Below, piece by piece: positions 19,015 to 20,000 of a stretch of DNA of 20,000 nt (positions are counted from its first letter, which is position 1; each line of letters begins with the position of its first letter). Made by a program: the position numbers and the translations under genes. The notes below the pieces were generated by a model that saw nothing but the letters and a program-made list of their open reading frames with translations, had not been told where the DNA came from and made no database searches. Origin of the DNA: Halocafeteria seosinensis (Eukaryota). Where the stretch lies: contig LVLI01000121.1 of the NCBI GenBank assembly GCA_001687465.1, forward strand, positions 49,280 to 69,279, read 5' to 3'.

Positions 19015-20000
19015 AAGAGTCCAAATTAAGTTGAAGTTTAGACACAGTCATACAAAAACCTAAATTTGTCGTTCATTACATTCGTAGGAAACTCTACAAC
19101 AATGGTGGATTGTTCCCTCTTCCACTTACAACACGGTACATGACCATAGAGTTCTCAAGATGGGCTCTGGGTCAGCAGGAGTTGAGCTGGAGGTGTGCTC
19201 GGGGTGTCAGCGCGTTTGCAATTCTCTCTACCATGCCATCTGCACGGCCAGATTACGCTACATGTCCCCACAAACTATGGGAAGGATTTATTTACAGCAG
19301 ACAAAGGTGGCAAACGAGCCGGGGAAGGGCTGAGTCTTAAAGCCCACCTCCTACCAAGTCGGCTGTCAGTATAGTGTCTGCACCCTTCAGCGGAGTCCCT
19401 GGAATTCGCACAGAGCCTAACATACAGCACTTGCTGCATATTCCTGGCTTTGCAGGCCTCTTTAAGTCTTCGATACTGTGGATAGCCCAGCGGAACTGCT
19501 TGGACTGTTGGGTAGAATCCCCAAAACGCTCTGCTGACACCGATAGCCGAAATTCTCGCGAATTCTCGATATAGCAAGCATCCACATGCCGCCATCGGAA
19601 GAGTCGTCTTCAGCTGCAACCAGAAACAGAGTACAAAGAGATTGCGAACTCAGTACAAACCCCTTAGTTGTTCGAAGTGCCTTCGGCACCCCACCCTGCT
19701 GGACGACGAGGAAGTAGATGACAGTCCACCAGACGAGGCACCGGAGCTTGGTCCCCAACCAGAACCGTGACTTCATAGGAGTCCGTAACATGGTAACATG
19801 GTATTCTTTTCCAGGAAAACAGTAAGGACAATGTCCCATGGACTCCCAGTGAATGAGTTTCCCACGCTCTCATTCCTCTACTCCCGGAGACACTTTGAAA
19901 CCCATATCTTTCGAAGGAAGTGGAGTCCTCTCCATCATGTGGGCTAAACACTGGATTCCGAAGGGTTGAAAAGAAAAATCAGATTCATTACATGTAGGTG

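Noticed and set aside
18605..19803. Small hairpin at 18605-18625, TGGTTTCTC-like repeats near 18740-18770, GTAACATG x2 near 19785-19800, and three TCATTACA copies
   Set aside because: Too short and irregular to exceed chance expectation; there is no repeat-spacer periodicity, so not CRISPR-like.
1..20000. Alternative genetic code or stop-codon readthrough to explain the fragmented ORFs
   Set aside because: Every break in the five genes is resolved by a canonical GT-AG intron that restores conserved motifs, and TGA, TAA and TAG all serve as terminal stops.

Overview
Compact, intron-containing eukaryotic (probably protist) nuclear DNA in the standard genetic code, since TGA, TAA and TAG each end a gene. 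Five protein-coding genes can be spliced by hand with short (59-84 nt) GT-AG introns: (1) a leucine-rich-repeat protein on the minus strand, running off the window start; (2) a large (~1,630-1,680 aa) WD40-repeat protein, divergent from (1); (3) a secreted plant-NPC-like phosphoesterase / non-specific phospholipase C with 7 exons; (4) a CaMKK/GRIK-like Ser/Thr kinase with a very long activation-segment insert and a C-terminal PH domain; (5) a kinesin-4 (KIF4/chromokinesin-like) motor on the minus strand, convergent with (4). I found no rRNA, tRNA, CRISPR array or transposase, and no unambiguous new multi-gene system. The best leads are the CaMKK-PH kinase, three stop-free in-frame introns hidden in the ORF track, E2F/CHR/MYB-like motifs upstream of the kinesin, and two unexplained non-coding regions (6866-7501, 17920-20000) with splice-like signals and inverted repeats. 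All family assignments come from motif recognition, not database searches.
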